In this document: piece by piece, positions 18,370 to 27,762 of the stretch | Position numbering within the stretch: the first letter of the stretch is position 1 | How the letters are laid out: each line of letters starts with the position of its first letter | Virus record (IMG/VR): IMGVR_UViG_3300006143_000285 | Length of the DNA: 48,178 nt | Source: a virus | Lineage: Duplodnaviria > Heunggongvirae > Uroviricota > Caudoviricetes | Strand: one strand, 5' to 3' | Made by a program: the position numbers and the translations under genes | The notes under the pieces: model-generated | The model's input: only the letters and a program-made list of their open reading frames with translations | What the model was told of the DNA's origin: nothing | The model's database searches: none

Positions 18370-20662
18370 TAATTGTTGAAATACCATTTTGTTTTGTAAC
18401 TGTCAGTCGATATGGATAAGCCTCGGCTATCTGACCATGACTTACGACCATCGAAGTAATCTGCAATGAATTAAGGGCATCAAACATACTGGCAAGACCA
18501 GCTTCGTCTGTGGCATCCAGTATTTCATCGAGAATAAGGAGGTCAAGACCTTTTTCATCATTACAGTTTACATTCGTCAGTTTATGTAGCGCAAGAATGC
18601 TGGCAAGATTAACCCTGCACTGTTCCCCTGCGGAGAATTTTGCAAATGAACCGCAGTCAATTCCATCGCGTAAGAGCGAAATGGAGATTTTATCACGGAT
18701 CTTTCCACTTCTAAGAATAGTGTAACCTGAGAAAGAAATGCGAATATCGCTTCCAATTGCTTCCAAAAACTCGTTGGTAATTTGACCGAGAGCCTCAATC
18801 TTAGCATTAGCCAAGTGAGTCTTAAAGTCAATGAAACGAGCTTCTTGTTGCTCTAATGCCGCCACCTCCGTAGCTCTATCGTCTTTCTCCGAGATCGCGA
18901 TATTTAAATCTTTCTCATACTCAGTTTTGCGATTTTCTAAACTTTCAATCGTATTGACTGAAGCCGAGTCGTTCAACTGGGCGATAGACTCTTGATAAGT
19001 CGCAATATTGCCTTCACAGTTTGAGATTGTAAGATTTGCAGTCTCAATATCTCCTTCTGCCTGACGTGTTGCGACATCTAACTTGTCAAAAGCCTCATCA
19101 AACATGCTTTGACGTAGTTGTGCAATTTGATGTTGCAATCTTTCCACTGTCGCACGTTCAGAATTTAAGGCTTTCTGAATGGTGTCGAGTGTAGTTTGGA
19201 GATTGTTGATTTTGAGTCTGGCATTGCGAACATTGTCAGATATGTTATCAATTTCAGCGTCCAAATCTGTGATGCTACGACGATTGGTTTTAATCGTTGA
19301 ATTAGTCTCATTGATTTCTCTATCAGCCTTTTCTCTGGCTTTTTGTGCCTTATCAACACGTTTCTCCAAGGACAGTAGCTCCTTTTGCAACTCATCAATA
19401 GTTTTATCAGACTGCAACACAAACCGATGGTGACATTTGGGGCACTCAATAGAACCGGCAATCATTGTTTCAACAGCAGTCATTTGAAGGTTTAAGTCTG
19501 CAATTGACACACGCAGGCTTCGGCTATCATCAGACAATTGATTTAACAATTTGGTTGCTTCATCTATTTCAGTCTTTAACTTTTCTGTTTTGGCTGAATT
19601 TTTAAGGCTGATTTCCTCATACTTTTCAACAAGCAGTCCATACTCATCTGAAGCACGAGCAACTTCCTTACGGTATGACTCAACCTGACTCAGAGAATTA
19701 TTTACTTGCTTGTCAAATTCTTCGAGCTGGCGGTGCAATTTGTTGGAACTTTCTACATAGTTTTTAATTGCAGGCAAGCCCACGCTAAGAAAGAGTTTAA
19801 CTATTTCTGCGTAACATTCGGAGACCGTTAGGTTGCCATCCTCCAACTCTCGAAGTTTGGCATCAGCTTCATCCAGAGAATCTAAAAAGGTATTCTGTTT
19901 TGTTATAGTAGCTTTGCTTTCACGGATTTTACTACGCAAACGAGTTATGGCTTCTTGATGAGCTTGAATTAGTTCATCTTTTTTCCGGACGTTTTCGGTT
20001 TCTTCTGCACGAGCAGCATCAATCTGTTCAGTTACAGTTGAAACACGACCTTCGTGATGTGCAACACGTTTCTCAGCTTCAAACAGACGTTCTTTTGCAT
20101 CAGCAATGTCTGTTTTCAATACAGCAATTGATTCATCAACCATATTGCCATTACTGAAGCGATTAATAAGCTCTTTCTTAGCTCTATCTGAAGCATTTAA
20201 GAACGATGTGTACTTATGCTTAGAAAGAATGTAACTGGAAAATATATCGCTTTTTGAAAGTCCGAACAAACTGAGAATGTATCGGTTGTATTCCAAAATA
20301 GTCGGTTGGACTACAGCTTCATCGTTTAACGTTATCGTAATGCTTTGTGGACTATTACGACTGAAAACACGTTCAATCACCAGATTGTCATTTGTCGCAT
20401 AGTTACAAAACTCGGCGACAATACGAGCATCGTCACACGCATCATTGATTATCTCATCAGCGTTCACTATCCTTAATGATTCGCCAGTCAGAGTAATAGC
20501 GATTGTTTCTATTAGTGCAGACTTTCCTGAGCCATTTGAGCCCTGTCCGTCATTGTCAAGATTGTTGCCAAAAATCAATGTAGTGCAACCTTGGAGCGGC
20601 GAAAAATCCAGCTCTCGAAAAGCGCAGATATTTTCAGCATGAATATTCTTTAATTGCCACAT
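18353..20662 (-). CDS. sbcC: SbcC/Rad50-like SMC ATPase
   Basis: GSNGSGKS Walker A, long coiled coils with central CPKC hook, FSAGEQ signature, LLILDEILD Walker B. Confidence 0.9.
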   Translation of the reverse strand: MWQLKNIHAENICAFRELDFSPLQGCTTLIFGNNLDNDGQGSNGSGKSALIETIAITLTGESLRIVNADEIINDACDDARIVAEFCNYATNDNLVIERVFSRNSPQSITITLNDEAVVQPTILEYNRYILSLFGLSKSDIFSSYILSKHKYTSFLNASDRAKKELINRFSNGNMVDESIAVLKTDIADAKERLFEAEKRVAHHEGRVSTVTEQIDAARAEETENVRKKDELIQAHQEAITRLRSKIRESKATITKQNTFLDSLDEADAKLRELEDGNLTVSECYAEIVKLFLSVGLPAIKNYVESSNKLHRQLEEFDKQVNNSLSQVESYRKEVARASDEYGLLVEKYEEISLKNSAKTEKLKTEIDEATKLLNQLSDDSRSLRVSIADLNLQMTAVETMIAGSIECPKCHHRFVLQSDKTIDELQKELLSLEKRVDKAQKAREKADREINETNSTIKTNRRSITDLDAEIDNISDNVRNARLKINNLQTTLDTIQKALNSERATVERLQHQIAQLRQSMFDEAFDKLDVATRQAEGDIETANLTISNCEGNIATYQESIAQLNDSASVNTIESLENRKTEYEKDLNIAISEKDDRATEVAALEQQEARFIDFKTHLANAKIEALGQITNEFLEAIGSDIRISFSGYTILRSGKIRDKISISLLRDGIDCGSFAKFSAGEQCRVNLASILALHKLTNVNCNDEKGLDLLILDEILDATDEAGLASMFDALNSLQITSMVVSHGQIAEAYPYRLTVTKQNGISTINGNEA

Positions 20663-21705
20663 ACGGTATTGATTTTGTCGAGGTATTGCAACCCCATTTC
20701 TATATTTTCAATCTCTTTTTGGATGCAGTAACGAGTGTACTCTTGCTTTAAGCCGTCCTTATCGTATTTGGCCTCAAAATCTTGAACCTTAGCACAACTC
20801 ATGGCGTTCTCCGTTGTGACTTCTACTTTAGTTGCGCCTAATTCAATAAGAGTGTTTTTATCCAAAGTAGCCGCCTGTTCGGTTGTGCATGAAATCTTTA
20901 AGCGAACTTTTGTTTGTTCATCTTTGATTTCCGAAAGCTGTTGCTTGGCGTGTTCAAGATTGTTAGCGTCAATCTCAATTGTCAAGAACTGGATGTTGGC
21001 CTTATTCTTTACGAACTCGGTCGAACCATCTGAAAATAGAATTGTGTAGCCCTTATCCGAATCCTCTCCAAAGTTATGTTGGCGTGAAGACCCAATATAT
21101 TGTATCTTACCACCAACAAGTACAGATCGGTCGTGATAATGACCAACAAGCACTTTATCAAATGCCTCGAATACTTTAGGCGATAATTCTTTATCTGATG
21201 ATGTTGTCAACGCACCATTGATACCTTCGTGACAATATAGAATATTGGTTTTATCTTTAGGTAAGTTGGCTATGACCTCATTCAATTTATCAGCAAATGA
21301 GCCATTTTCAGGGAAATAACTGATGAGCCAAAGTATAACGTCGTTTGAGACATCATATCCGGCATAATCATCAACTACTTCAACATCAGGGTAAGGACTG
21401 AAAATGTGATTGTAACTTAGGATGGACTCTTGATCAACTTTATCGTGATTGCCATTCTCGATAATTACATACACTCCTTCGGATGTTGCTTTAAGAATTG
21501 CTTCTCTTGCAGCCATCAAGACATTCAGAGTTTGTCCCGCTCTGGATTGCCACAAGTCACCACCAACCACTAAGGTTTCAATGCCTCGTTCTTTGCAGAT
21601 ATGCAAAGCCTCATTCCAGTTTTTATGAAATTCTGGAATGTTATCTTTGCTTAAATGTATGTCATTGATTAACAACATGCAAGCGTGAATATCACGTTTT
21701 TTCAT
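20650..21705 (-). CDS. sbcD: SbcD/Mre11-like metallophosphoesterase nuclease
   Basis: NDIHL, GGDL, GNHD, GHYH, GSSRQHNFGE. Start MKKRD chosen. Confidence 0.9.
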   Translation of the reverse strand: MKKRDIHACMLLINDIHLSKDNIPEFHKNWNEALHICKERGIETLVVGGDLWQSRAGQTLNVLMAAREAILKATSEGVYVIIENGNHDKVDQESILSYNHIFSPYPDVEVVDDYAGYDVSNDVILWLISYFPENGSFADKLNEVIANLPKDKTNILYCHEGINGALTTSSDKELSPKVFEAFDKVLVGHYHDRSVLVGGKIQYIGSSRQHNFGEDSDKGYTILFSDGSTEFVKNKANIQFLTIEIDANNLEHAKQQLSEIKDEQTKVRLKISCTTEQAATLDKNTLIELGATKVEVTTENAMSCAKVQDFEAKYDKDGLKQEYTRYCIQKEIENIEMGLQYLDKINTVCGN

Positions 21706-21723
21706 AATGTAAAGAGGGTGAAA

Positions 21724-21757
21724 TGAGGCCACACCACTGGTACATGATGTGGCCTCA
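21724..21757. terminator. Intergenic hairpin between the SSB gene and sbcD
   Basis: tgaggccaca/tgtggcctca, a 10-bp stem with a 14-nt loop and no clear U-tract. Confidence 0.4.
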
Positions 21758-21790
21758 CTGCATTATTGTTAGATATGTTGAGTGGTAATT

Positions 21791-23155
21791 TTAACGACGA
21801 CGTGCGGGTCGTGATGTACGACGACCGGGACGAGCAGCTGGCTCACTGGTGTCATCGTTGCGTGTGCGACGTGGAGACATCGGCTCATCTTCGGAGTCCT
21901 CTTCGTCTTCCGGCTCAGTGTCGGGCGCATCTGTGTCGTCCTCTTCGTCTTCGGGAGCGTTGGATGGAGCATCAGGCTCATCGTCATCACTGTCATTTCC
22001 CATAATGTCCTGAATTTCTTCGAGAACTACGAGATTTGATTTTTTGCGATCAACACGGATGTCAAGGTCGTTAGCTTCAATGAACTCACGAAGTTGTGTG
22101 CGGAGATTCTGGCCCTCCTCAGAACGGTCATCCTTACCTGCTTCTTCAATTTCATCGTAGATAGCCCAGAGCTTTTCAAGAGTCATAGCTCCTTCGTTGT
22201 CATCATCGGCATTGTTGCCGCTGTTATCAAACGAGAAATGAGATTGATCATCGCTGGGCAGTGCCATCTTAATCTGGTCGATGCAGTCCTTGATTTCCTC
22301 TGAAGCCATCACTTTGATGCCGAACAGTTCATCAGTTTGCTTGAGGAATTCAATGGTTGCTTCAAGATGGAAACGACGATATACATAGAGAGCTTCAGGC
22401 AAACGAGGCGCATCATACACCATACGAAGTTCTTCAACTGTCAATTCATCAACGCCATTAAAGGTGTCGATATTGACTGAATAGCTCGTTTTCCTATTTT
22501 CTGTCTTGCGAGTGATTTCAACAGGGAATGCGTTGAGCGGTGAGGAAATAGGGCAAGGAGCTTTGGGATCTTTCTTTGTCAGTTTACCCCAAAGACGAAG
22601 TTTGGCATCTTCAAGATCTTTGTATTGAGAAAATGAAAGCTGAAGGATTTGCAATCCTTTGCTGCGTTCATCCATATTGAAGACGTACATACAACGCTGA
22701 GAGTTGTATTTCAAGCCGCCTTCAAAGCTGTTGCTCCTGATTTTTTTACAGAGTTGTGCATCTGCGCTATTCTGCTCACAAGCGATGCGGACGTAGAGGT
22801 CAATAAGGTCGTTTTCAAGATTGGGGAAAACTAACTTTGTATGACATACCGGGATCTTGCGGGTCGTTTCTTTGCCTTTCTTATCTTTCCCCTTAATGGT
22901 GAGAAAGAAACTGCGATATGGGATTTCATATCCTTTACGCGGTAGAGGTAATGGATTACCGTCAGGGCCGAGAACTGGCGCAATTGGTAAAATACGGACG
23001 GGATAGGTGCCGTCTTGGTTTAACTGGAGGAACTGAGTTTGTGAACCTGATTCGGCTGCACTTTTTTCCTTGGCATCATCCAGTGTTTCTTGGGATTGTT
23101 CAAACAGGCTAAATAAATCAACCTGCTGTAGCTCATCTTCGTGATTATTGCTCAT
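21791..23155 (-). CDS. Single-stranded DNA-binding protein (gp32-like)
   Basis: FLQLNQDGTYPVRILP resembles phage gp32-type SSB N-termini; very acidic C-terminal region; replication context. Confidence 0.65.
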   Translation of the reverse strand: MSNNHEDELQQVDLFSLFEQSQETLDDAKEKSAAESGSQTQFLQLNQDGTYPVRILPIAPVLGPDGNPLPLPRKGYEIPYRSFFLTIKGKDKKGKETTRKIPVCHTKLVFPNLENDLIDLYVRIACEQNSADAQLCKKIRSNSFEGGLKYNSQRCMYVFNMDERSKGLQILQLSFSQYKDLEDAKLRLWGKLTKKDPKAPCPISSPLNAFPVEITRKTENRKTSYSVNIDTFNGVDELTVEELRMVYDAPRLPEALYVYRRFHLEATIEFLKQTDELFGIKVMASEEIKDCIDQIKMALPSDDQSHFSFDNSGNNADDDNEGAMTLEKLWAIYDEIEEAGKDDRSEEGQNLRTQLREFIEANDLDIRVDRKKSNLVVLEEIQDIMGNDSDDDEPDAPSNAPEDEEDDTDAPDTEPEDEEDSEDEPMSPRRTRNDDTSEPAARPGRRTSRPARRR

Positions 23156-23630
23156 GTTGAGTTGATGATGAAGGTAGTATGCGCTTCCACACCTCGGCAT
23201 AGGCATCTGTATAAAGCTCTCTTGCTTCAGGAGCTTTCAATACATCCCTGTCTGGGATTTTGATGCCCCACTCTTGGTGGGCGTGATGAATAATACGTTG
23301 GATAACGTAATCCATCTCAACTGAATTTTCATTTTTTAGGTCAACATATTCAAATGTCTCCCCTTCGATTATACAGCTGTGGAGCGGTGCGTACACTTGC
23401 TCAAACCATCTGTAAAGGGCATCTACAGGAGGGTGATTTGGCAGTCCATCAGAAATGGTCTTCAAAACGACCCCGAAGAGATACTTCAACTGAGGCAAAG
23501 AGCGATTCTTAAATTTGTCATAGATGAGATATTCATAATCTCCATCAGGCAAACTGTCCACAGAATCTAAGAACTCTTCTAAATCGGCACCATCTTTATG
23601 GACTGAGAAAGCACCGCGTTTCTTTAACAT
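23145..23630 (-). CDS. NinB-like recombination accessory protein
   Basis: RSLPQLKYLFGVVLKTIS resembles the RSxxQNxYxWGVV motif. Confidence 0.45.
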   Translation of the reverse strand: MLKKRGAFSVHKDGADLEEFLDSVDSLPDGDYEYLIYDKFKNRSLPQLKYLFGVVLKTISDGLPNHPPVDALYRWFEQVYAPLHSCIIEGETFEYVDLKNENSVEMDYVIQRIIHHAHQEWGIKIPDRDVLKAPEARELYTDAYAEVWKRILPSSSTQHEQ

Positions 23631-23657
23631 CTACATAGCGAGTTTCATTTTCGATAG

Positions 23658-23690
23658 CAAAGTTAATCATTATTTTTTTAATTGTGCAAA
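23658..23690 (-). promoter_or_regulatory. Bacteroidota-type promoter for the replication operon
   Basis: Minus strand: TTTG (23690-23687), 21-nt spacer, TAACTTTG (23665-23658). Confidence 0.7.
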
Positions 23691-23749
23691 TATTTTGAAG
23701 AAAAATTTTTCAACCCACAATAATAAATTTACAACTATCTATGTATCAA

Positions 23750-24241
23750 TTATAACCGTATTTTCTCAATGTTAATTACACGATTTGAATTATCGTGTTG
23801 TATTTCCCATATTTGCTGATTTGATGAACCTCGCCACTTGAGTTCATCGTCTTTCAACTCCTCATAGAATGGGCCGTCAATCACTACATCAACATAAGCA
23901 AGCAACTCTCCATAGAAAATTTCCAAATATGGCAACTCGTAACCAGTCCAAAGCCAAATTGTCTTTTTGGTTTTCTTCTTAATGAGTTTGCATAACTCCA
24001 ATATGGCGGGGTACTGCATCAATGGCTCACCACCTAATATGGAAATGTTGAAATCATCTTGATTTAATTCGTTAAACACATCTTCAACTGTTCGTTCTGT
24101 ACCGGATTTTAATGGCCAAAACTGAGAGTTATGACAACCTTTACACCTAAGATGACAGCCTGAAACATACAAAGAGTTGCGTAGCCCGACCCCATCTACT
24201 GAGGTCGAGCTAACAACTTTCGCTACATACAATTTATTCAT
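23750..24241 (-). CDS. nrdG: Anaerobic ribonucleotide reductase activase (radical SAM)
   Basis: DGVGLRNSLYVSGCHLRCKGCHN (CxxxCxxC), GGEP, RGSSNQ. Confidence 0.95.
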   Translation of the reverse strand: MNKLYVAKVVSSTSVDGVGLRNSLYVSGCHLRCKGCHNSQFWPLKSGTERTVEDVFNELNQDDFNISILGGEPLMQYPAILELCKLIKKKTKKTIWLWTGYELPYLEIFYGELLAYVDVVIDGPFYEELKDDELKWRGSSNQQIWEIQHDNSNRVINIEKIRL

Positions 24242-26474
24242 GTGTCACCCTGTCTTTAAGTTCTGCGAGCTTGCCGGAGTTCCAACGGTCTGTGGTTCCG
24301 ACAAGATAGCCGGTGATACGCTGAAGTCTGTCAATATGTTGACTGCCACAGTGAGGACATTCTTTCAAATCCTTTTGAGCGTTTTCATAACCGCAATCAA
24401 GACAACGGTTACGATTGTGGTTGATCGAGCCATATCCGATGTCATACTTGTCCATCAAATCAACCACATCCATTACCGCTTGCACGTTGTGTGTGGCATC
24501 TCCGTCAAGTTCAACATAAAAGATGTGTCCACCACGAGTCTTTTCATGGTATGGGGCCTCAATCTTGGCCTTATGCGCTGCACTGCATTTATAATAAACC
24601 GGCACATGGTTTGAATTGGTGTAGTAGTCCCGATCTGTTACACCTGAAATTACACCGTATTTTGCACGATCCTTCTTTGTAAACTTGCCTGACAACCCTT
24701 CTGCTGGAGTTGCCAAAACAGAGAAGTTCATGTTGTAGTTGATAGAAAATACCTGAGCGCGAGAGAACATAGATTGAATGATGTCCAGCCCAAGTTTCTG
24801 AGCTTCTTCTGACTCCCCATGATGTTTGCCAATCAGAGCAACCAAACACTCTGCAAGCCCAATGAAGCCAATACCAAGAGTGCCCTGTTTAAGAACTTCT
24901 CGCACCTCATCTTCGCCTTGGAGGTTTTCAGAGCCAACCCATAGGCCTTGCATAAGGAGGGGGAATTGTTTGGCTTTAGCTGTGCATTGAAATTCAAAGC
25001 GATCCAGCAACTGTTGAGCCGTGATATTCATGGCATCGTAGAGGCGACTGTAGAAAGCCTCTATGCGCTGCTCTTTATCTTGGATATTGCGGACACTAAG
25101 CGCGAGTCCGGGCAAGTTGATTGTCGAAAAACTGAGGTTGCCACGACCCACGGAAGTTTTTTCTCCATGTCGATTTTCAAATACACGAGTACGGCATCCC
25201 ATTGTCGCAACCTCATACTTGTATCTTTCGGGATCTGAAGCCTCCCATTTTTCGTGCTGATTAAACGGTGCATCCAGATTAAGGAAGTTCGGGAAGAATC
25301 GTTTGGCAGTTACTCGACATGCCAGTTGATACAAGTCGTAGTTGGGATCACTTGGAAGATAGCTGACACCACGCTTCTTTTTCCAGATTTGAATGGGGAA
25401 TATGGCAGTTGAACCATTGCCAATACCACGCTCGGTGGTTAGAAGCAGCTCACGAATCACACAACGACCTTCAGCAGATGTGTCTGTGCCATAGTTGATA
25501 GAGCTGAACACGACCTGATTACCACCACGAGAATGAATGGTATTCATGTTATGTATGAAGGCTTCCATTGCTTGATGAACTCGGTCAACGGTATTGTTGA
25601 TAGCGTATTGCTTCAAATCGAGCATATCCATCATCGTAAAAGTAGGTGACACACCTTCTTCACCTTGGCCTATACTGGGTGTAATCTCAGCCTTGATGTA
25701 ATCATCAATTTGCGCATCCATCAATTCATCCAGATTGCCGAATAGTTTTGACAACTTTTTCACTTCTTCCTGATACGTCTTACGAACATAGGGCGCGAGG
25801 TAGAAGTCAAAAGCTGGAATAGCCTGACCTCCGTGCATCTCATTTTGAACGGTTTCCATTGATATAGCAGAAAGGATGCTGGCAGTTTCAATACGTTTTG
25901 CAGAACGAGATTCGCCATGCCCAGCTTTAAATCCGCCTGAAAGGATCTTGTCGATTGGGTGCTGTATGCACGTTAAAGAACGAGTGGGATAGTAATCCTT
26001 ATCATGGATATGGAGGACGTTTTCAGCAACCGCTTTCTTGGCTTCATCGGATATAAGGTAATCATCCACAAGCTCTTTGCTGCGCTCGCTTGCAATCTTC
26101 ATCACCATTCCGGCTGGGGTGTCAGCATTCATATTGGCGTTCTCGCGTGTGATGTCATTGTGCTCTGCGTTGATGATGCTTAGTATAGTTTGGTCGCTTT
26201 CTCTGTTACGAGCCTTCTTGCGGTTGTCACGATAACAGATATAAGCACGAGCAACATCTTTGTAAGGGGATGCCATCAGAGCTTCTTCTACCAAGTCCTG
26301 AATTTCTTCTACGGTGATTGAAGCAGGGCATTTGTCACCTATCTGTATTGCGATGTCAAGAGCAAAATCAGAATCTATTGTACCGACCTCTTTCATTGCT
26401 GCTAATATAGCGCGGTCGATTCGTGTATGGTCGAATGGCACAGAGCGGCCATCTCGCTTAATTACTGTTTTCAT
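24234..26474 (-). CDS. nrdD: Class III anaerobic ribonucleoside-triphosphate reductase with ATP-cone
   Basis: VIKRDGR ATP-cone, IHDKDYY, MGCRT, GRGNLSFSTINL, CLDC/CPHC, RITGYL glycyl-radical motif. Confidence 0.96.
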   Translation of the reverse strand: MKTVIKRDGRSVPFDHTRIDRAILAAMKEVGTIDSDFALDIAIQIGDKCPASITVEEIQDLVEEALMASPYKDVARAYICYRDNRKKARNRESDQTILSIINAEHNDITRENANMNADTPAGMVMKIASERSKELVDDYLISDEAKKAVAENVLHIHDKDYYPTRSLTCIQHPIDKILSGGFKAGHGESRSAKRIETASILSAISMETVQNEMHGGQAIPAFDFYLAPYVRKTYQEEVKKLSKLFGNLDELMDAQIDDYIKAEITPSIGQGEEGVSPTFTMMDMLDLKQYAINNTVDRVHQAMEAFIHNMNTIHSRGGNQVVFSSINYGTDTSAEGRCVIRELLLTTERGIGNGSTAIFPIQIWKKKRGVSYLPSDPNYDLYQLACRVTAKRFFPNFLNLDAPFNQHEKWEASDPERYKYEVATMGCRTRVFENRHGEKTSVGRGNLSFSTINLPGLALSVRNIQDKEQRIEAFYSRLYDAMNITAQQLLDRFEFQCTAKAKQFPLLMQGLWVGSENLQGEDEVREVLKQGTLGIGFIGLAECLVALIGKHHGESEEAQKLGLDIIQSMFSRAQVFSINYNMNFSVLATPAEGLSGKFTKKDRAKYGVISGVTDRDYYTNSNHVPVYYKCSAAHKAKIEAPYHEKTRGGHIFYVELDGDATHNVQAVMDVVDLMDKYDIGYGSINHNRNRCLDCGYENAQKDLKECPHCGSQHIDRLQRITGYLVGTTDRWNSGKLAELKDRVTHE

Positions 26475-27174
26475 GGAGCAATCCTTTTTGTTTAGACGAG
26501 AAATACTGGAGATAGTCAGTCAATTCAGCTTTAAAAGCTGGCGAGTGGTTAAATCCGCAGCAGCGGGGTTCTCCACAAAGTCCATTTCGATAGACACATT
26601 TCCGCACCATTAATGATGCAAGTTCTGGGTCAACCTCAGCAACTTTTGCCTTAATCGCTTGAAAGACGATGACAGTTTCACGATGTGCGCAACCTGTGCA
26701 GAGTCGTAACTTTGACATATCCAATAATGCCTGAGCATTAAGACATAGACCCAAATTTACTGGGGTGTAACGATCTGCGTTCTCTTTCAGCCAATCGCAT
26801 TCAGAAATTATAGACCTAATAAGGTCTTCCTGAGTGCCATAGCTGGCATTGTTAATCATAGACAACAACATTGCCAGCTTCTCATTTATCGCGTCAATTT
26901 TGGCAATAAGACCGGGGTTGCCACCCTCTCGGTCATCACGACAAGTTAGCTGGAATGGGATTGAACCTACATGGTGGCGTAATAGGTGTGTTGCAATAAA
27001 TAAGGGGATTCTGTCCAGCTTTATCCAGAACATTTGTGTTCGAGCTGGCGAGTGTTCCGATTTGTAGATAGAAAGGAGTGACTGGTGACTCTTCCCTAAG
27101 AACGTGCACTCACACGCTTCCCGCATGAGGTCTTCATCCGTCAGTTTCCTAACGGACACAGAAAATTCTTTCAT
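26458..27174 (-). CDS. thyX: Divergent FAD-dependent thymidylate synthase
   Basis: EHSP, HLLRHHVGSIPFQLTCRDDR (variant of RHRx7S), NAQALLDMSKLRLC...HRET; next to nrdD. Confidence 0.7.
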   Translation of the reverse strand: MKEFSVSVRKLTDEDLMREACECTFLGKSHQSLLSIYKSEHSPARTQMFWIKLDRIPLFIATHLLRHHVGSIPFQLTCRDDREGGNPGLIAKIDAINEKLAMLLSMINNASYGTQEDLIRSIISECDWLKENADRYTPVNLGLCLNAQALLDMSKLRLCTGCAHRETVIVFQAIKAKVAEVDPELASLMVRKCVYRNGLCGEPRCCGFNHSPAFKAELTDYLQYFSSKQKGLLHENSN

Positions 27175-27246
27175 GTGATAATGAAAATTGTATGTAAAGG
27201 GGAAGATATACGGACTCGGAACCAAGCCGAGTTTCAGTTATGATTG

Positions 27247-27254
27247 CAAAGTTA
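27247..27254 (-). promoter_or_regulatory. Bacteroidota -7 promoter element upstream of thyX-nrdD-nrdG
   Basis: Minus-strand TAACTTTG in a context nearly identical to the 23658 promoter (gcaaagttaat); no clear -33 element. Confidence 0.55.
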
Positions 27255-27291
27255 ATAATAATTTATGATTAGACACTAAGGGTGAGACCAT

Positions 27292-27660
27292 TTATTTTGT
27301 CTCACCCCCTAATTTTTGATTAGTCTTCCGACGTAACAAAATGTAGTACATTTCAGTTTTTGCATCAGAAGTAATTGGCTTTCCGCAATATAGCCCATAT
27401 TTCCGATATTCGATTAAAGCCCTTCTAAATTTTGGCTTTTTGAATAATGGATTAAGTGAAGAATAGCCAATTTGTTCAATCAGATCTGCGGTTGGCGTTC
27501 TGTTTCCGCAGATCTGATTGAAAATTAGGTCATATTCCAATGGAGCCTCATGTTTTAAGAAGAAGCCTATTCGAGTTTCATCAAACGTCCGCTTCTTTCT
27601 TTTTCTTCCGAGACTTTTTGGTTTCTTCTGGCTCTTCGACCGGCGTGTCTTCTCTTTCAT
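27292..27660 (-). CDS. Hypothetical basic protein
   Basis: 122-aa ORF; start uncertain (overlaps the upstream ORF). Confidence 0.6.
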   Translation of the reverse strand: MKEKTRRSKSQKKPKSLGRKRKKRTFDETRIGFFLKHEAPLEYDLIFNQICGNRTPTADLIEQIGYSSLNPLFKKPKFRRALIEYRKYGLYCGKPITSDAKTEMYYILLRRKTNQKLGGETK

Positions 27661-27760
27661 CTGATGTTGTTGCTTGTACGGCTATAACACTACGATTCAT
27701 GGCCTCCAATTCAGCGAGTTCCATGCGTTTTGCGTCTCGTACTCCAGTGTGAATCTTCAT
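27581..27760 (-). CDS. Small hypothetical protein
   Basis: 59 aa from MKIHT, starting 2 nt after the tail gene stop. Confidence 0.5.
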   Translation of the reverse strand: MKIHTGVRDAKRMELAELEAMNRSVIAVQATTSDEREDTPVEEPEETKKSRKKKKEADV

Positions 27761-27762
27761 TT

